Below, piece after piece: positions 9,112 through 20,197 of a DNA stretch of 64,000 nucleotides. Both the position numbers and the translations under genes were made by a program. How positions within the stretch are numbered: position 1 is the first letter of the stretch; every line of letters begins with the position of its first letter. The notes under the pieces are model-generated. The model saw only the letters and a program-made list of their open reading frames with translations. It did no database searches and was not told the origin of the DNA. This DNA is from an uncultured Desulfospira sp. (GTDB lineage Bacteria > Desulfobacterota > Desulfobacteria > Desulfobacterales > Desulfobacteraceae): the NCBI GenBank assembly GCA_963663165.1, contig OY760175.1, positions 2,720,001-2,784,000 of the forward strand, in the 5' to 3' direction.

Positions 9112-9168
9112 GGCATCATGAGCCGTAAAAAACAGATCATCCCGTTTCTTGAAAAAGTATTTGGATAG
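9112..9168 (+). pseudogene. ppaC: Displaced 3' end of Mn-dependent inorganic pyrophosphatase gene (att site)
   Basis: Reads GIMSRKKQIIPFLEKVFG*, matching the family II PPase C-terminal SRKKQxxP motif; next to the integrase. Confidence 0.7.
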
Positions 9169-9486
9169 ACTGTAAATAAAGGGCTTTTGGGCCTTACTCC
9201 CGGCCCGTTATCCCAGCAAAAAATTAAATTAACCAGAATCAGCCCACGGCTGTTTTTGTACCAATGCCATCCGACGCATTCGCACAAAGAGAATTCAGGC
9301 CTTTTTCTCTGCTGAACCACCCTGTCCACAAAAAGGATACCCGCCGGGTTGATAATTCAGGGCCTTCCCCCCACTTTGCTGAAGTTTTCTGACCGACAAA
9401 GGTGACGGATGCCAATTCATGCATTATGGTTTGAAAAAGAGGCGGCACTGAAAAAAGTCAGCCGCACACAACAAAAGGGGGAACCC

Positions 9487-10986
9487 ATGAAACAAACCAC
9501 TGCCAGATCAATGCTTAAAGCCGGATTTGAAAACAGCTTTGCCGATCTTCCCCAGGACTTTTATGAGCCGTGTACCCCTGAACCCGTACCGGGCGCGGTA
9601 CTGCAAAAATTCAATGAAGATCTGGCCCGGAAACTGGGCTTTGACTTTACCCGGGAAACGCCGGAACTGACGGATTACCTGTCAGGCAACCGTCTTTTTG
9701 CCGATGCCGATCCCATTGCCATGGCCTATGCCGGACACCAGTTCGGCGGGTTCGTCCCGCAGCTCGGGGATGGCCGGGCCATCCTTCTCGGTGAAAAAGT
9801 CACCCCAGACGGCCACCGGTATGATGTTCAGCTCAAGGGCTCGGGCCGGACCCGGTTTTCCCGGGGCGGCGACGGCAAGTCCCCGTTAGGGCCTGTGATC
9901 CGGGAATATCTTGTCAGCGAGGCCATGCATGCCTTGGGGGTTCCCACCACCCGGGCCCTTTCTATTGTTTCAACAGCAGAAACCATCCTGCGCCCGGACG
10001 GGGCCCATCCCGGCGGCATTCTGACCCGCATCGCACCGGGCCTGGTCCGGGTGGGCAGTTTTGAATACTTTGCCGCCCGGGGCGATGACAAGGCTGTCCG
10101 AAGACTTGCCGACTACGTGATCGCCCGCCATTATCCGGACATAGCGGGAAAAAAAGACCGGTACAGGCACCTGTTTGAATCTATTGCCTTACGACAGGCC
10201 GGGCTGGTGGCCCAATGGATGCATCTGGGGTTTATCCACGGGGTGATGAACACTGACAACACCGCCATTTCCGGAGAAACCATCGACTACGGGCCCTGCG
10301 CCTTTATGGATGATTATGACCCCAACCGGGTTTTCAGTTCCATCGACCTTGGCGGCAGATACCGGTATGCCAACCAGGGCGCCGTCATGAAGTGGAATTT
10401 GAACAGTCTGGGGGCCAGTTTGCGCCCGCTTCTCGGGAAAACCAGCGCACAGGCAACAGCTGTCATTGATGGTGTTCTTTCCGCCTTTGAGCAGGCTTTT
10501 CTTCAAAACTGGCGCAACGGCATGCTCAAAAAAATCGGCATAGAATCCCCGACGGATGAGGACACGGTCCTTCTGGGGGAGCTGCTTGATCTCATGTTAA
10601 ACCAAAAGGCCGATTTTACCCTGACCTTTCGCTATTTGTCCGATCACACCAGAGACGGTGCGGCCATGACACCGGAATTTAAAGGTCTTTTCAAAAAATC
10701 AGAGGCACCTGAAAACTTTCTTGTCAAATGGCGAAAACGGATCAGCAAAGATAATCCCCCTGAAACAATTAAGGAAAGGATGGACCGGATCAACCCCCTT
10801 TTTATCCCAAGAAATCACCAGATTCAAAAGGCCATTGAGGATGCTGAAACCAACGATGATTTCACCCGGGTACACCAGCTGGCTCAAGTTCTCAAGCACC
10901 CTTTCACGGAACAGCCGGATTTGATGGCGTACGCCAATGCACCCGCCACCGAAGAACGGGTGACCCGGACCTTTTGCGGGACGTGA
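9487..10986 (+). CDS. selO: Protein adenylyltransferase SelO (YdiU)
   Basis: YAGHQFG, QLGDGRA, QLKGSG, HGVMNTDN, IDYGP, C-terminal TFCGT. Confidence 0.95.
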   Translation: MKQTTARSMLKAGFENSFADLPQDFYEPCTPEPVPGAVLQKFNEDLARKLGFDFTRETPELTDYLSGNRLFADADPIAMAYAGHQFGGFVPQLGDGRAILLGEKVTPDGHRYDVQLKGSGRTRFSRGGDGKSPLGPVIREYLVSEAMHALGVPTTRALSIVSTAETILRPDGAHPGGILTRIAPGLVRVGSFEYFAARGDDKAVRRLADYVIARHYPDIAGKKDRYRHLFESIALRQAGLVAQWMHLGFIHGVMNTDNTAISGETIDYGPCAFMDDYDPNRVFSSIDLGGRYRYANQGAVMKWNLNSLGASLRPLLGKTSAQATAVIDGVLSAFEQAFLQNWRNGMLKKIGIESPTDEDTVLLGELLDLMLNQKADFTLTFRYLSDHTRDGAAMTPEFKGLFKKSEAPENFLVKWRKRISKDNPPETIKERMDRINPLFIPRNHQIQKAIEDAETNDDFTRVHQLAQVLKHPFTEQPDLMAYANAPATEERVTRTFCGT

Positions 10987-11033
10987 GGCACTATCTGCCT
11001 GCCTTCAAATGCCAAACTTACGGGTCATGCCTC

Positions 11034-12236
11034 CTAATTGCCTGACGGGTCTTTATCCCCGTGAAAAATCCTGAGCAGTTTCCGGACAGCGGTGACGGCG
11101 GGCATGCTGCCTTCGGAGACCTCCGTTTCAATATCCGGCAGTCTGGCGGTGACTTCAGGGTGTTTGAAAAACAGGCTGGTTAAGTGTTCATTGATCATGT
11201 CATGGACCCATTTGACGGTCTGCTTTTTTCTGAACGACTGAAAAACCCCGGATTCCCGGGTGATCCTTTCAAAGGTCTTTATGGTTTCCCAGATCTTATC
11301 GATGCCGGCGCCGGTAAGGGAAGAACAGGTATAGGCATGGGTGGTCCAGCCCCGGGTGGCGGGCTGAAGATAGTGAAGCGCCCGCTCATATTCGGTTCTG
11401 GCCCGCTCGGCCGGCAATTTGTTGTCACCGTCGGCCTTGTTGATGACCAGGGCATTGGCAATTTCCATGATCCCTTTTTTAATGCCCTGGAGTTCGTCGC
11501 CGGCACCGGAGAGCATGAGCAAAAGGAAAAAATCCACCATAGAGCGGACCGTGACTTCGCTTTGACCCACCCCCACGGTTTCAATGAGGATAACATCAAA
11601 TCCAGCGGCTTCACAAACCAGCATGGTTTCCCGGGTTTTGCGGGCCACCCCGCCCAGAGAGCCCCCCGACGGAGACGGCCGGATAAAACAGTTGGGGTCC
11701 TGGCTTAATTTTTCCATCCGGGTCTTGTCCCCTAAGATACTGCCTCCGGATATACTGGAACTTGGGTCCACGGCCAGGACGGCCACCCGGTGGCCCTTGC
11801 CGGTCAGATAACAGCCAAGGGCCTCGATAAAAGTGCTTTTCCCAACCCCGGGAACCCCGGTGATCCCGATACGGATGGCCTGTCCCGTATGGGGAAGCAG
11901 CCGCCTGATCAGGTCCTGGGCCTTGTCCGCATGGCGGGGGGCATTGCTTTCCACCAAGGTGATGGCCCGGGCCAGGACCATGCGGTTCCCCTCAAGGACC
12001 TGGCCGGCCATTTCTTCAGCAGACAAAGCCTGCCGCCTGAACCTGGCCGGGGGACGGTTTTTCACAGAAGACAATTTTAAAGAACCGGCGGCCTGGGGTG
12101 CCGCACCGTCGTGCCGTGCGGCCACCCCGTCCTGAACCCGGCAGGCAAAGCCCTTGCCGCCCCCTTCAGGGGCCCACTCGGGAAGCTTTTCTAACGGATC
12201 ACAATGAACCTTATCCCGGTCCTTTCCGGAACTCAT
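11034..12236 (-). CDS. meaB: Methylmalonyl-CoA mutase-associated GTPase
   Basis: [40 protein letters not shown]. Confidence 0.95.
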   Translation of the reverse strand: MSSGKDRDKVHCDPLEKLPEWAPEGGGKGFACRVQDGVAARHDGAAPQAAGSLKLSSVKNRPPARFRRQALSAEEMAGQVLEGNRMVLARAITLVESNAPRHADKAQDLIRRLLPHTGQAIRIGITGVPGVGKSTFIEALGCYLTGKGHRVAVLAVDPSSSISGGSILGDKTRMEKLSQDPNCFIRPSPSGGSLGGVARKTRETMLVCEAAGFDVILIETVGVGQSEVTVRSMVDFFLLLMLSGAGDELQGIKKGIMEIANALVINKADGDNKLPAERARTEYERALHYLQPATRGWTTHAYTCSSLTGAGIDKIWETIKTFERITRESGVFQSFRKKQTVKWVHDMINEHLTSLFFKHPEVTARLPDIETEVSEGSMPAVTAVRKLLRIFHGDKDPSGN

Positions 12237-14416
12237 GCCACTTCCTCAAGCCTGAGTTTAAGTTCCTCCAATACCTTCTGAGCGGCTACGGGGATCACGG
12301 TGCCGGGCCCAAAAATACAGGCGGCCCCGTTTTCCTTTAAAAACTCATAATCCGGAGCCGGGATCACCCCGCCGATGATGCACATGATATCCGGCCGGCC
12401 TAATGCTTCAAGCTCTTTGGCCAGGGCCGGCAGCAGGGTCTTGTGGCCGCCGGCAAGGGAGCTGAACCCCACGATATGGACATCGTTTTCAACGGCCTGG
12501 CGGGCCGCTTCGGCCGGGGTCTGGAACATGGGTCCGATATCCACGTCAAAGCCCATATCGGCAAAGGCGGTGGAAATCACCTTGGCCCCCCGGTCATGGC
12601 CGTCCTGGCCGAGCTTTGCCACCAGGATCCGGGGCCTGCGCCCTTCAAATTCTTCGAACTCTTTGGTCATTTTCACCACCCGTTCAAATTCTTTGGCCTC
12701 GCTGAATTCGGCCTTATACACACCGGAAATGGCCCGGGTCACGGCCTTGTGGCGGTCCCAGACCTGTTCAAGAGCACTGGAAATCTCGCCTAAGGATGCC
12801 CTGGCCCTGGCCGCTTCAATGGACAGGGCTAAAAGGTTGCCCTGGCCGGTCTGGGCACACTGGGTCAAGGCATTGAGGGCGGCCCGGCATTTGGTTTCGT
12901 CCCGCTGTTCCTTTAAGATTCTGAGCCGTTCCAGCTGGGCCTTTCTGACGGCGGTATTGTCCACTTCCAGGGTGTCCAAGGCCTCTTCTTTTTCAAGACA
13001 GAAGGTATTCACCCCGATGATTTTTTCCCGGCCTGTGTCGATATTGGCCTGGCGCCGGGCAGCCGCCTCTTCGATGCGCATCTTGGGCAGCCCGGTTTCA
13101 ATGGCCTTGGCCATGCCCCCGAGTTCCTCGATTTCCTGGATATGGTCCCAGGCCCGGTGCATGATGGCATGGGTTAAGGCCTCCACGTAGTAGGAACCGC
13201 CCCAGGGATCTGCCGGCCTCAGGATGTTGGTTTCATCCTGGAGGTAGAGCTGGGTGTTTCTGGCAATCCGGGCGCTGAAGTCCGTGGGCAGGGCAATGGC
13301 CTCGTCCAGGGAGTTGGTGTGCATGGACTGGGTATGGCCCAGGGCCGCGGCCATGGCCTCAATACAGGTCCGGGCCACATTGTTGTAGGGATCGCCCTCG
13401 GTGAGGCTCCATCCCGAGGTCTGGCTGTGGGTCCTCAAGGCCAATGATTTTTCATTTTTCGGGTTGTACTGGTTGATGATCTTGGCCCAGATCATCCGGG
13501 CGGCCCGCATCTTGGCCACTTCCATGAAAAAATTCATGCCCTGGCCCCAGAAAAAGGAAATTCTCGGGGCAAAGGCGTCAATGTCCATGCCGGCATTGAT
13601 GCCGCACCGGATATATTCCATGCCGTCGGCCAGGGTATAGGCCATTTCAATGTCTGACGAGGCCCCGGCCTCTTCCATGTGGTAGCCGGATATGGAGATG
13701 GAGTTGAACTTGGGCATGTTGGCCGAGGTATGGGCAAAGATATCGGAGATAATCTTCATGGACGGTTCCGGCGGATAAATATAGGTATTCCGGACCATGT
13801 ATTCCTTGAGAATATCGTTCTGGATGGTGCCGATGAGCTTTTCCTGGGGAACGCCCTGCTCCTCGGCCGCCACAATATAAAAGGCCATGATGGGCAGCAC
13901 CGCCCCGTTCATGGTCATGGAAACGCTCATCTGGTCTAAGGGGATGCCGTCAAACAGAATATTCATATCCAGAATGGAGTCCACGGCCACCCCGGCCTTG
14001 CCCACGTCGCCCACCACCCGTTCATGGTCGGAATCGTATCCCCTGTGGGTGGCCAGGTCAAAGGCGATAGACAGCCCCTTCTGGCCTGCGGCCAGGTTCC
14101 GGCGGTAAAAGGCGTTGCTCTCTTCGGCCGTGGAAAAGCCGGCATACTGCCGGACGGTCCAGGGCCGCTGGACAAACATGGTGGCATAGGGCCCCCGAAG
14201 ATAGGGGGCAATCCCGGCAACATAATCCAAATGATCCAGGTTCTCATAATCCGCCCGGGTGTAAAGGGGTTTGAGATCAATCTGTTCGTTGGTGGTCCAG
14301 GCCAGTTCTTCCGGGCTTAAACCGGTTTCCTTTTTTACCTTTGCCGCCCACTGCCCGTAGGAAACGGACGGGGCGCCGGCATTGAAGTCAATGTTTGTGA
14401 AATCAGGGGTTTTCAT
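12233..14416 (-). CDS. mutB: Methylmalonyl-CoA mutase, large catalytic subunit
   Basis: RQYAGF, QNDILKE, B12 motif [15 protein letters not shown]. Confidence 0.97.
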   Translation of the reverse strand: MKTPDFTNIDFNAGAPSVSYGQWAAKVKKETGLSPEELAWTTNEQIDLKPLYTRADYENLDHLDYVAGIAPYLRGPYATMFVQRPWTVRQYAGFSTAEESNAFYRRNLAAGQKGLSIAFDLATHRGYDSDHERVVGDVGKAGVAVDSILDMNILFDGIPLDQMSVSMTMNGAVLPIMAFYIVAAEEQGVPQEKLIGTIQNDILKEYMVRNTYIYPPEPSMKIISDIFAHTSANMPKFNSISISGYHMEEAGASSDIEMAYTLADGMEYIRCGINAGMDIDAFAPRISFFWGQGMNFFMEVAKMRAARMIWAKIINQYNPKNEKSLALRTHSQTSGWSLTEGDPYNNVARTCIEAMAAALGHTQSMHTNSLDEAIALPTDFSARIARNTQLYLQDETNILRPADPWGGSYYVEALTHAIMHRAWDHIQEIEELGGMAKAIETGLPKMRIEEAAARRQANIDTGREKIIGVNTFCLEKEEALDTLEVDNTAVRKAQLERLRILKEQRDETKCRAALNALTQCAQTGQGNLLALSIEAARARASLGEISSALEQVWDRHKAVTRAISGVYKAEFSEAKEFERVVKMTKEFEEFEGRRPRILVAKLGQDGHDRGAKVISTAFADMGFDVDIGPMFQTPAEAARQAVENDVHIVGFSSLAGGHKTLLPALAKELEALGRPDIMCIIGGVIPAPDYEFLKENGAACIFGPGTVIPVAAQKVLEELKLRLEEVA

Positions 14417-16533
14417 GCGTCACCTCCCGGCATCAGGTGTGCCGAAATTTTGGTCAGAATCCCAAGGGCATCGGCCTTGATGTGAATAAATTCATCCACG
14501 CCGGCTGCCTTAAAATCCGCCACATAGGTTGTGGCATATCCGGCCACTATGGTCAGGATACCCGGGTCGGCTGCCTTGATCTGTTTGAGCATACCGGGCA
14601 CAGCCGCCATGTAATCGTCATCCGTACCGCAGATCACAACGGCTTTTAAGCCCGAATCCAGTGCGGCCTTGACCGCATCCTCCGGATTCTCAAACCCGGG
14701 GGTAAACCGGGTTTCAATGGCGGCCACGTTAAAAAAGGCCGTGGAGAAATCCGACCGGGGTTTGTGCCGGGAAAGGGGGCCCAAATTGGCCATGAAAATC
14801 TCAAGGGGTTTGCCGGTGTTTTCTTTAAAGGACTCCACGGTTTGCCGCAGGGTTTCAAAAGGCCTGGACCGGCGCAGGGGTGACAGCTTCGGCACTTGAA
14901 TTTCCAAACCTTTTGGTCCCAGGGCCTTTGAAAGGTCTTCCAGGGTGGCCCCGGCCTTTGCCGCAATCACAGCGGCCTGCATTTTTTCTTTTCCCCGGGC
15001 CGCCTTAACCGTTTCTAAAGCGGCGTCCAGGCCATCCCGGTTCTGGCTGCCCCTGTCCTGGGAAAGCCGGTCTTTACAGGCCGAATAAAATTCATCCCCT
15101 AAAGGCTCTCTTTGCCTTAACGGGGTTTCCGTTAAGTTGGGGTACATGTTCACCCCCACGATCCGGTCTTTACGGGTAGCCGTGGCCGCCACCCTTTCCC
15201 CTGCCGTTTCGCTGATCCGGCCTTGGACAAATCCGTCCTTCAGGGCCTGTTCCATTCCGCCCATGGCCTCCACTTCCTGGAACAGCTGCCAGGCCTTTTT
15301 GGCCAGTTCCAGGGTGATGTTTTCCACATACCAGGAGCCCCCGGCCGGGTCCGCCACCTTATCAAAGTGGGCTTCTTCCTTGAACAGGGTATGGACATTC
15401 CGGGCAATGCGGCGTGAAAATTCATCGGGTGTCCGGACCGTCTCGTCAAAGGCACCGGTATGAATGCTGTCGCAGCCGCCGGCCACCCCGGAAAAGGTCT
15501 CGGTACAGACCCTAAGCATATTGACCCAGGGGTCGATGACCGTCTTGTTGAACAGTCCGGTGCGTGCGTGGATGACCATGCGGGAGTCTTTGGCCCCGAA
15601 GGCGTCGGCAACCTGATGCCAGACCATGCGGGCGGCCCTGAATTTGGCGATTTCCATAAAAAAATCAGGCCCGATGCCAAAACAAAACTGAATGGCCGGG
15701 CAGATCTGGTCAATATCCAGCCCGCGCTGCTGCATCTGCCGGATATAGGCGACGGCCGTGGCAACGGCAAAGCCCACTTCCTGAACCCCGTGGGCCCCGG
15801 CATGGGCCATGGTTTCGGCACTTACCATAATGGTTTTCATGGCCGGCATCTGGTCTGCCGCCCACAGGGTAAAGCCTGCCATGGCATCATAGGCTGCCGG
15901 CAGGTCTGCGGCAAGGGTTCCCTCCCTGGATAAAACCCCCAAAGGATCCAGCCCCAGGCTGCCTGACAGGGTTTTGACCGCTGCCGGGTCAAGGCCTGCG
16001 GCCAAGAGGGCTGCAGCAGCCGGGGCGTTCATGCCGGCATCGGCCATGAGTGGTGTTTTGGCCATGTCCACACCATTTAAAATTCTGGCCCAGTCCTGGG
16101 CCGTGGCAAGGCTTACCCCGTCTTTTCCCACATCTTCTTTAGGGGCGGTATCCGGATTGAGCCCTTCACAGCCGGCCCGGTCCAGTTTAATGTTCAGGGT
16201 ATCCTGGCCCCGGGCCAGGTCTTTTTTCAAACTTGCATTTAAGGTGTCGGGGTCCGGCTCAATAATTTCCTGGGCGGTCTGCCAGGCCGTGGCCCGGTTT
16301 CCCTGGGCCCGGTTCCCCCTGACATAGGGAGCAAATCCGGGAAAGGTGTCCACATGGGGCAGGCCCTCCAGATCATGCTTAAAATACATGGGCAAAATTG
16401 GAATCCCCTCGTAGGTCTTCTTTACCAGCACCTTATCAAAGGGCTTGCCTTTGAGCTGCTTGTCCACAGCGGCCAGCCATTCTTCATGGGGCGTGGCCGG
16501 GAAAGCATCTAAAATGTTCAGGTCTTCCCTCAT
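14413..16533 (-). CDS. mutA: Methylmalonyl-CoA mutase, small subunit
   Basis: MCM-like ([27 protein letters not shown]) without DxHxxG. Confidence 0.92.
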   Translation of the reverse strand: MREDLNILDAFPATPHEEWLAAVDKQLKGKPFDKVLVKKTYEGIPILPMYFKHDLEGLPHVDTFPGFAPYVRGNRAQGNRATAWQTAQEIIEPDPDTLNASLKKDLARGQDTLNIKLDRAGCEGLNPDTAPKEDVGKDGVSLATAQDWARILNGVDMAKTPLMADAGMNAPAAAALLAAGLDPAAVKTLSGSLGLDPLGVLSREGTLAADLPAAYDAMAGFTLWAADQMPAMKTIMVSAETMAHAGAHGVQEVGFAVATAVAYIRQMQQRGLDIDQICPAIQFCFGIGPDFFMEIAKFRAARMVWHQVADAFGAKDSRMVIHARTGLFNKTVIDPWVNMLRVCTETFSGVAGGCDSIHTGAFDETVRTPDEFSRRIARNVHTLFKEEAHFDKVADPAGGSWYVENITLELAKKAWQLFQEVEAMGGMEQALKDGFVQGRISETAGERVAATATRKDRIVGVNMYPNLTETPLRQREPLGDEFYSACKDRLSQDRGSQNRDGLDAALETVKAARGKEKMQAAVIAAKAGATLEDLSKALGPKGLEIQVPKLSPLRRSRPFETLRQTVESFKENTGKPLEIFMANLGPLSRHKPRSDFSTAFFNVAAIETRFTPGFENPEDAVKAALDSGLKAVVICGTDDDYMAAVPGMLKQIKAADPGILTIVAGYATTYVADFKAAGVDEFIHIKADALGILTKISAHLMPGGDA

Positions 16534-16613
16534 TTAACACTCCTTATATATAGGGGTTTAGGCTGAAGGGGGTTAGGCCGAAGGGCTTTCTTTTCATCCT
16601 TCATCCTTTCTGC

Positions 16614-17240
16614 TTATTCCTTTCCTGGTACGGTAATGGCCCGCCACACCATATCAAACAACAGGCCGCTTTGATCGGCCAGGCTTTCCTTTTCTCCCCG
16701 CTGGACCCACATAAAAAACGAGCGCTGAACCAGGCCGAGCATAAAATCCATAAGGATACCGGCCGGGACTTTGGGATTGAGGACCCCCTGGCGCTGTCCC
16801 TTTTCCAGAACATCCAGGTAAAGGGAAATCATCTTTTTTTGTTCAAAGGTTTCATCGGCCATCCAGGTGGCCATGGGAAGGGTCATGAAAAGCATGCGGC
16901 CAAGATAAGGATGTCGCTCGTAATAGTCCAGCTGAACCCAGAGGACCTTGCGCATCTTTTCTTTCAGATCCTCAATGCCTTTGAGGTGGTCCACAATCCG
17001 GTCGGTAAGCCGGCCCAGCCAGATATCCACATAGGTGAACACCAGCTGCTCCTTGGACCCGAAATGTTTGTAAATGGTGGTAAAACTGACCCCGGCCACA
17101 CTGGCGACGTCCCGGATATTGGCCTTGTGAAAATCAGCATGGGAAAAGATTTCCATCACGGCCTTTTCCAGGCGGCTGCTGACCTCGGGCCGCAGATCGG
17201 GTAACACTGTTTTATTTTTGTTCTTTAACTGGGTTTCCAA
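16614..17240 (-). CDS. TetR-family regulator (start uncertain)
   Basis: ANIRDVASVAGVSFTTIYKHFGSKEQL HTH. Confidence 0.9.
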   Translation of the reverse strand: METQLKNKNKTVLPDLRPEVSSRLEKAVMEIFSHADFHKANIRDVASVAGVSFTTIYKHFGSKEQLVFTYVDIWLGRLTDRIVDHLKGIEDLKEKMRKVLWVQLDYYERHPYLGRMLFMTLPMATWMADETFEQKKMISLYLDVLEKGQRQGVLNPKVPAGILMDFMLGLVQRSFFMWVQRGEKESLADQSGLLFDMVWRAITVPGKE

Positions 17241-17346
17241 GCCGCCATTCCATGGGTTAAAAGTTAACAAAAAAAACAATTTCACCGGCTTTGAAAAGCT
17301 AAACTGGCCGTTTCGGGTTAGTCAGGCCAGTGGGTTCCGGCAAAAA

Positions 17347-17359
17347 GTAACAATGTTAC
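17347..17359. promoter_or_regulatory. Putative TetR operator
   Basis: GTAACA-A-TGTTAC palindrome downstream of a minus-strand TTGACA (~17392-17397). Confidence 0.45.
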
Positions 17360-17422
17360 CCTTTTGGGTAGGTATCATCCTGAACTCCCTGTGTCAAGGG
17401 AAAACCTTTAAGGGCCAGGGTG

Positions 17423-17810
17423 ATCGCATGTAACTTGCCTGCAGGTGATAACCATTTTGATGATAAGGATAATAATGCAAAAAAAAGGAAACCGGAAGGA
17501 AGGGAGACGGGAGACCGAAACCGTCAAGTTCCCTGGTTTGAGCGGTAGGGTTGGAGCGGGCCATGCCCGCTCCAACCTATCATCTGCCGAAAAAATGATG
17601 ATGGATACCGGATGTTGCGGTGGTGTTGGGCGCCCGTAGGGGCGATTCATGAATCGCCCTTACATGAATCGCCCCTACATGAATAACCATTAGGTGGGCA
17701 ATTCATGAATTGCCCTACACCGTCATCATCTGTAATAATGACAATCCAAAATTCAATTTTATTGGAGTTCTTTATTTTTCAGTTTCGGAATGGATGGCTT
17801 TTTTTACATG
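17423..17810. repeat. Bipartite dispersed element, copy 1
   Basis: Blocks 17423-17477 and 17761-17810 match 37266-37320 and 37415-37465. Confidence 0.8.
17636..17718. repeat. GTAG-type REP-like palindromes
   Basis: GTAGGGGCGATTCATGAATCGCCC, partial repeat ending CCCCTAC, and GGGCAATTCATGAATTGCCCTAC. Confidence 0.75.
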
Positions 17811-18128
17811 GGATGCGCCTGCCGGCAGGTCCGGCGAAGCGGCCGGGCTATGTAAAATTTTTCCTAAATCGCCGGATTGCTGTTACATTTTGTTCCTAAA
17901 AGTAGCACCTTTTTTTCATAATTTTTCCTGTCCCCGCGGTTTTTCAGAACCACCTTTTTTTATTGAAGATTATAGAACGCCTTCATCCATGGGGATTCCG
18001 GTGATCCGGCGAAATCTTTGGGGTGTTTCGGAATATTTTTTGCATAATTTTTGAACGTAAACCCGATAATTTGATGCCTTTTTTAGGATTAACCGGTTAT
18101 GGATCAACCATAATAAGGAGAAAATCAG

Positions 18129-20102
18129 ATGAAACGCTTTTTGAAAGGCCTGGCAATCCCGGGCGTTTTTTTACTGGCCGCAGGGTTAATGCTCTGCGGA
18201 CCTGCGGGTGCCGTGGACTGTTCCGGGTGTTATGGTGAGGCGCTGTCTTTTTGCGGGATCGAAACCCCATTAGAAAATGAGGAATGCTTTCATTCAGAAT
18301 ACAGCTTCTGCCTGGAGTTCTGCTGTAAGGATGGATGTTATATGGATGTTGTTGATCCATGCCAGGTGACCTGTTATGAAAATTATTATTTATGTGAAAG
18401 TGCCTGCCATGACGATTGTGAGCAGCAATATTGTGGAGAAGAAGGGTGCGGGGAGGGATACGATCCATGTATGGGAGAGTGTACCTATTCCTGTGAACAG
18501 ACACGGGATGATTGCGGTTATCAGTGTGAATATGACAACCCGGAATTTGATTTATGTGTCACTGAGTGCCAGTCAGGAGGAGACATTGACGGGGATGGTG
18601 TTAGCGACGCCATCGACAACTGCGTTTACATCCCTAACCCGGGCCAGGATGATGCCGACGATGACTTCATCGGAGATGCCTGTGACAACTGCAGCAGCGT
18701 ATCCAATCCTTACCAGGAAGACGATGACGATGATTATGCCGGCAATGCCTGTGATCTGTGCCCTTGGGTATACAGCAATGCGCCTTATCAGGACACCGAC
18801 GGAGACGGGGAAGGAGATGCCTGTGATCCGGACATTGATGGGGACGGGCACCTCAATGAGTCGGACAACTGCCCCTTTGTATCCAACTATTTGCAGGAAG
18901 ATGCAGACGGGGACGGCATCGGCGATGCCTGCGATCTGACAGACATCCGGATCAGTGCAGCCTCTTATCAGACCCTGGACCTGTCCATGAAAAAGGCACC
19001 GGAACTGGACAGCCCGGAAAACGGCCATGCACTCTATGACATTTCTCCGGTCAGTCCTTTCATGGCCGCGGCGTTTGATATCAGCAGCGATGATTCAGAA
19101 CGGGTGGTGGGATGGTATGCCCCTGATACCGCGTTTGACAATGAACGGCGCGGATTTGTGTGGGGAGATGATTTTGACACCGATTCCAACACAGATGATG
19201 CCGTCCGGATTAAAATATCGGAAGAAAATGCTGACAATACCATGTTATGGGGAATCTACAACGACTCAAATTATGTAGGGCAGTACACTTTGGACGGTGT
19301 AAAACAAGGGGTGTGGGTACAACGGTCTTACGCACCGGAATTAGGACTTTATTCCTATTCATACCAGCCCCTGGTCCCGGATTTATCCGGTGCATACTCC
19401 AGCAGCGCCTGGGATTATGCTGTCGTGGACGGCTCCGTCAGCATTGTGGGCCGTTATTATAGCCAGACAACAGGGCAGGATCATGGCTATCTATACCAGC
19501 GGACGTACAGCCCCAACCTTACGGAAACCTATACCGCCATTAGCATGCCCGGGGCCAGTGGCACCTATGGCAGCGGCATTAACGACAACGGGCAGATTGT
19601 CGGGTACTACAGTGATGTGTCGGGTACCCACGGGTTTTTGTTTGACGGAACCAACTATGTCTCCATCAATGTTCCCGGGGCCGTCAGCACCCTGGCCTAC
19701 CGTATCAATAACCAGGAAGACATTTGCGGCTACTTTTTAGGAACGGACGAACAATACCACGGGTTTGTCTATTCAGGCACCCAATTTCAGACCTTTGACA
19801 TTGAAGGGGCCAAGGACACCTTTGCCTTTGGCCTCAATGATGACGGTAAAATTACCGGATACTTCAGAGATAAACTGGGCACCCACTCGTTTGTGGCACA
19901 GCCCCTTCCTGAAACTACTGTCTGCATAGGAGATTTTGACAATGACAATGACGTGGACAGTGAAGACCTTGGTGTTTTTGCGGGACTTTTCGGGGTGAGC
20001 GGCAGTGAAAGCCCTGCAGACATTGCCGCTCCTTCGGACAATGATGTGGACGGCCTGGATTTGGCCAAGTTTATCACCTGCCTGACCACGGGATGTCCCT
20101 AA
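18129..20102 (+). CDS. Secreted protein: Cys-rich domain, thrombospondin type-3 repeats, HAF-like repeats, dockerin-like tail
   Basis: Signal peptide; DxDGDGxGDACD and DNC repeats; GIND.GQIVG...HGF repeats; [10 protein letters not shown]...DNDVDGLDL. Confidence 0.85.
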   Translation: MKRFLKGLAIPGVFLLAAGLMLCGPAGAVDCSGCYGEALSFCGIETPLENEECFHSEYSFCLEFCCKDGCYMDVVDPCQVTCYENYYLCESACHDDCEQQYCGEEGCGEGYDPCMGECTYSCEQTRDDCGYQCEYDNPEFDLCVTECQSGGDIDGDGVSDAIDNCVYIPNPGQDDADDDFIGDACDNCSSVSNPYQEDDDDDYAGNACDLCPWVYSNAPYQDTDGDGEGDACDPDIDGDGHLNESDNCPFVSNYLQEDADGDGIGDACDLTDIRISAASYQTLDLSMKKAPELDSPENGHALYDISPVSPFMAAAFDISSDDSERVVGWYAPDTAFDNERRGFVWGDDFDTDSNTDDAVRIKISEENADNTMLWGIYNDSNYVGQYTLDGVKQGVWVQRSYAPELGLYSYSYQPLVPDLSGAYSSSAWDYAVVDGSVSIVGRYYSQTTGQDHGYLYQRTYSPNLTETYTAISMPGASGTYGSGINDNGQIVGYYSDVSGTHGFLFDGTNYVSINVPGAVSTLAYRINNQEDICGYFLGTDEQYHGFVYSGTQFQTFDIEGAKDTFAFGLNDDGKITGYFRDKLGTHSFVAQPLPETTVCIGDFDNDNDVDSEDLGVFAGLFGVSGSESPADIAAPSDNDVDGLDLAKFITCLTTGCP

Positions 20103-20129
20103 TTCGTTTAAAAAACAGATAAATTTCTT

Positions 20130-20170
20130 GCCGGGGCCTTTGTTCTCATTTCCAGAACAAAGGCCCCGGC
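20130..20170. terminator. Bidirectional intrinsic terminator
   Basis: GCCGGGGCCTTTGTTCT/AGAACAAAGGCCCCGGC between convergent genes. Confidence 0.8.
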
Positions 20171-20197
20171 ATTTTTAACTCTTTCGGGACCAAGGGC

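Larger units (their letters stand above)
1..9168 (-). mobile_element. Integrated phage-satellite/PICI-like element, right part (left boundary outside window)
   Basis: Co-oriented integrase, ORF6N, TA pair, excisionase-like HTH, Rep and primase-helicase; more AT-rich than the flank; ends at an orphan gene 3' fragment (9112-9168). Confidence 0.75.

Noticed and set aside
9100..9170. tRNA fragment at the att site
   Set aside because: No T-arm or CCA; explained better as the ppaC C-terminus
10972..10986. SelO ends CGT-TGA, which looks like CxxU
   Set aside because: TFCGT is a normal bacterial SelO terminus and its Cys already corresponds to the Sec position; no convincing SECIS
12375..13190. Long antisense ORFs (also 36200-37168, 45767-46777, 33946-34773)
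   Set aside because: Shadows of well-supported genes in GC-rich coding sequence
17240..17420. Cobalamin riboswitch ahead of the mutase operon
   Set aside because: No B12-box or other core motifs recognised
17630..17720. CRISPR array
   Set aside because: Palindromic REP-like units with no unique spacers; no cas genes
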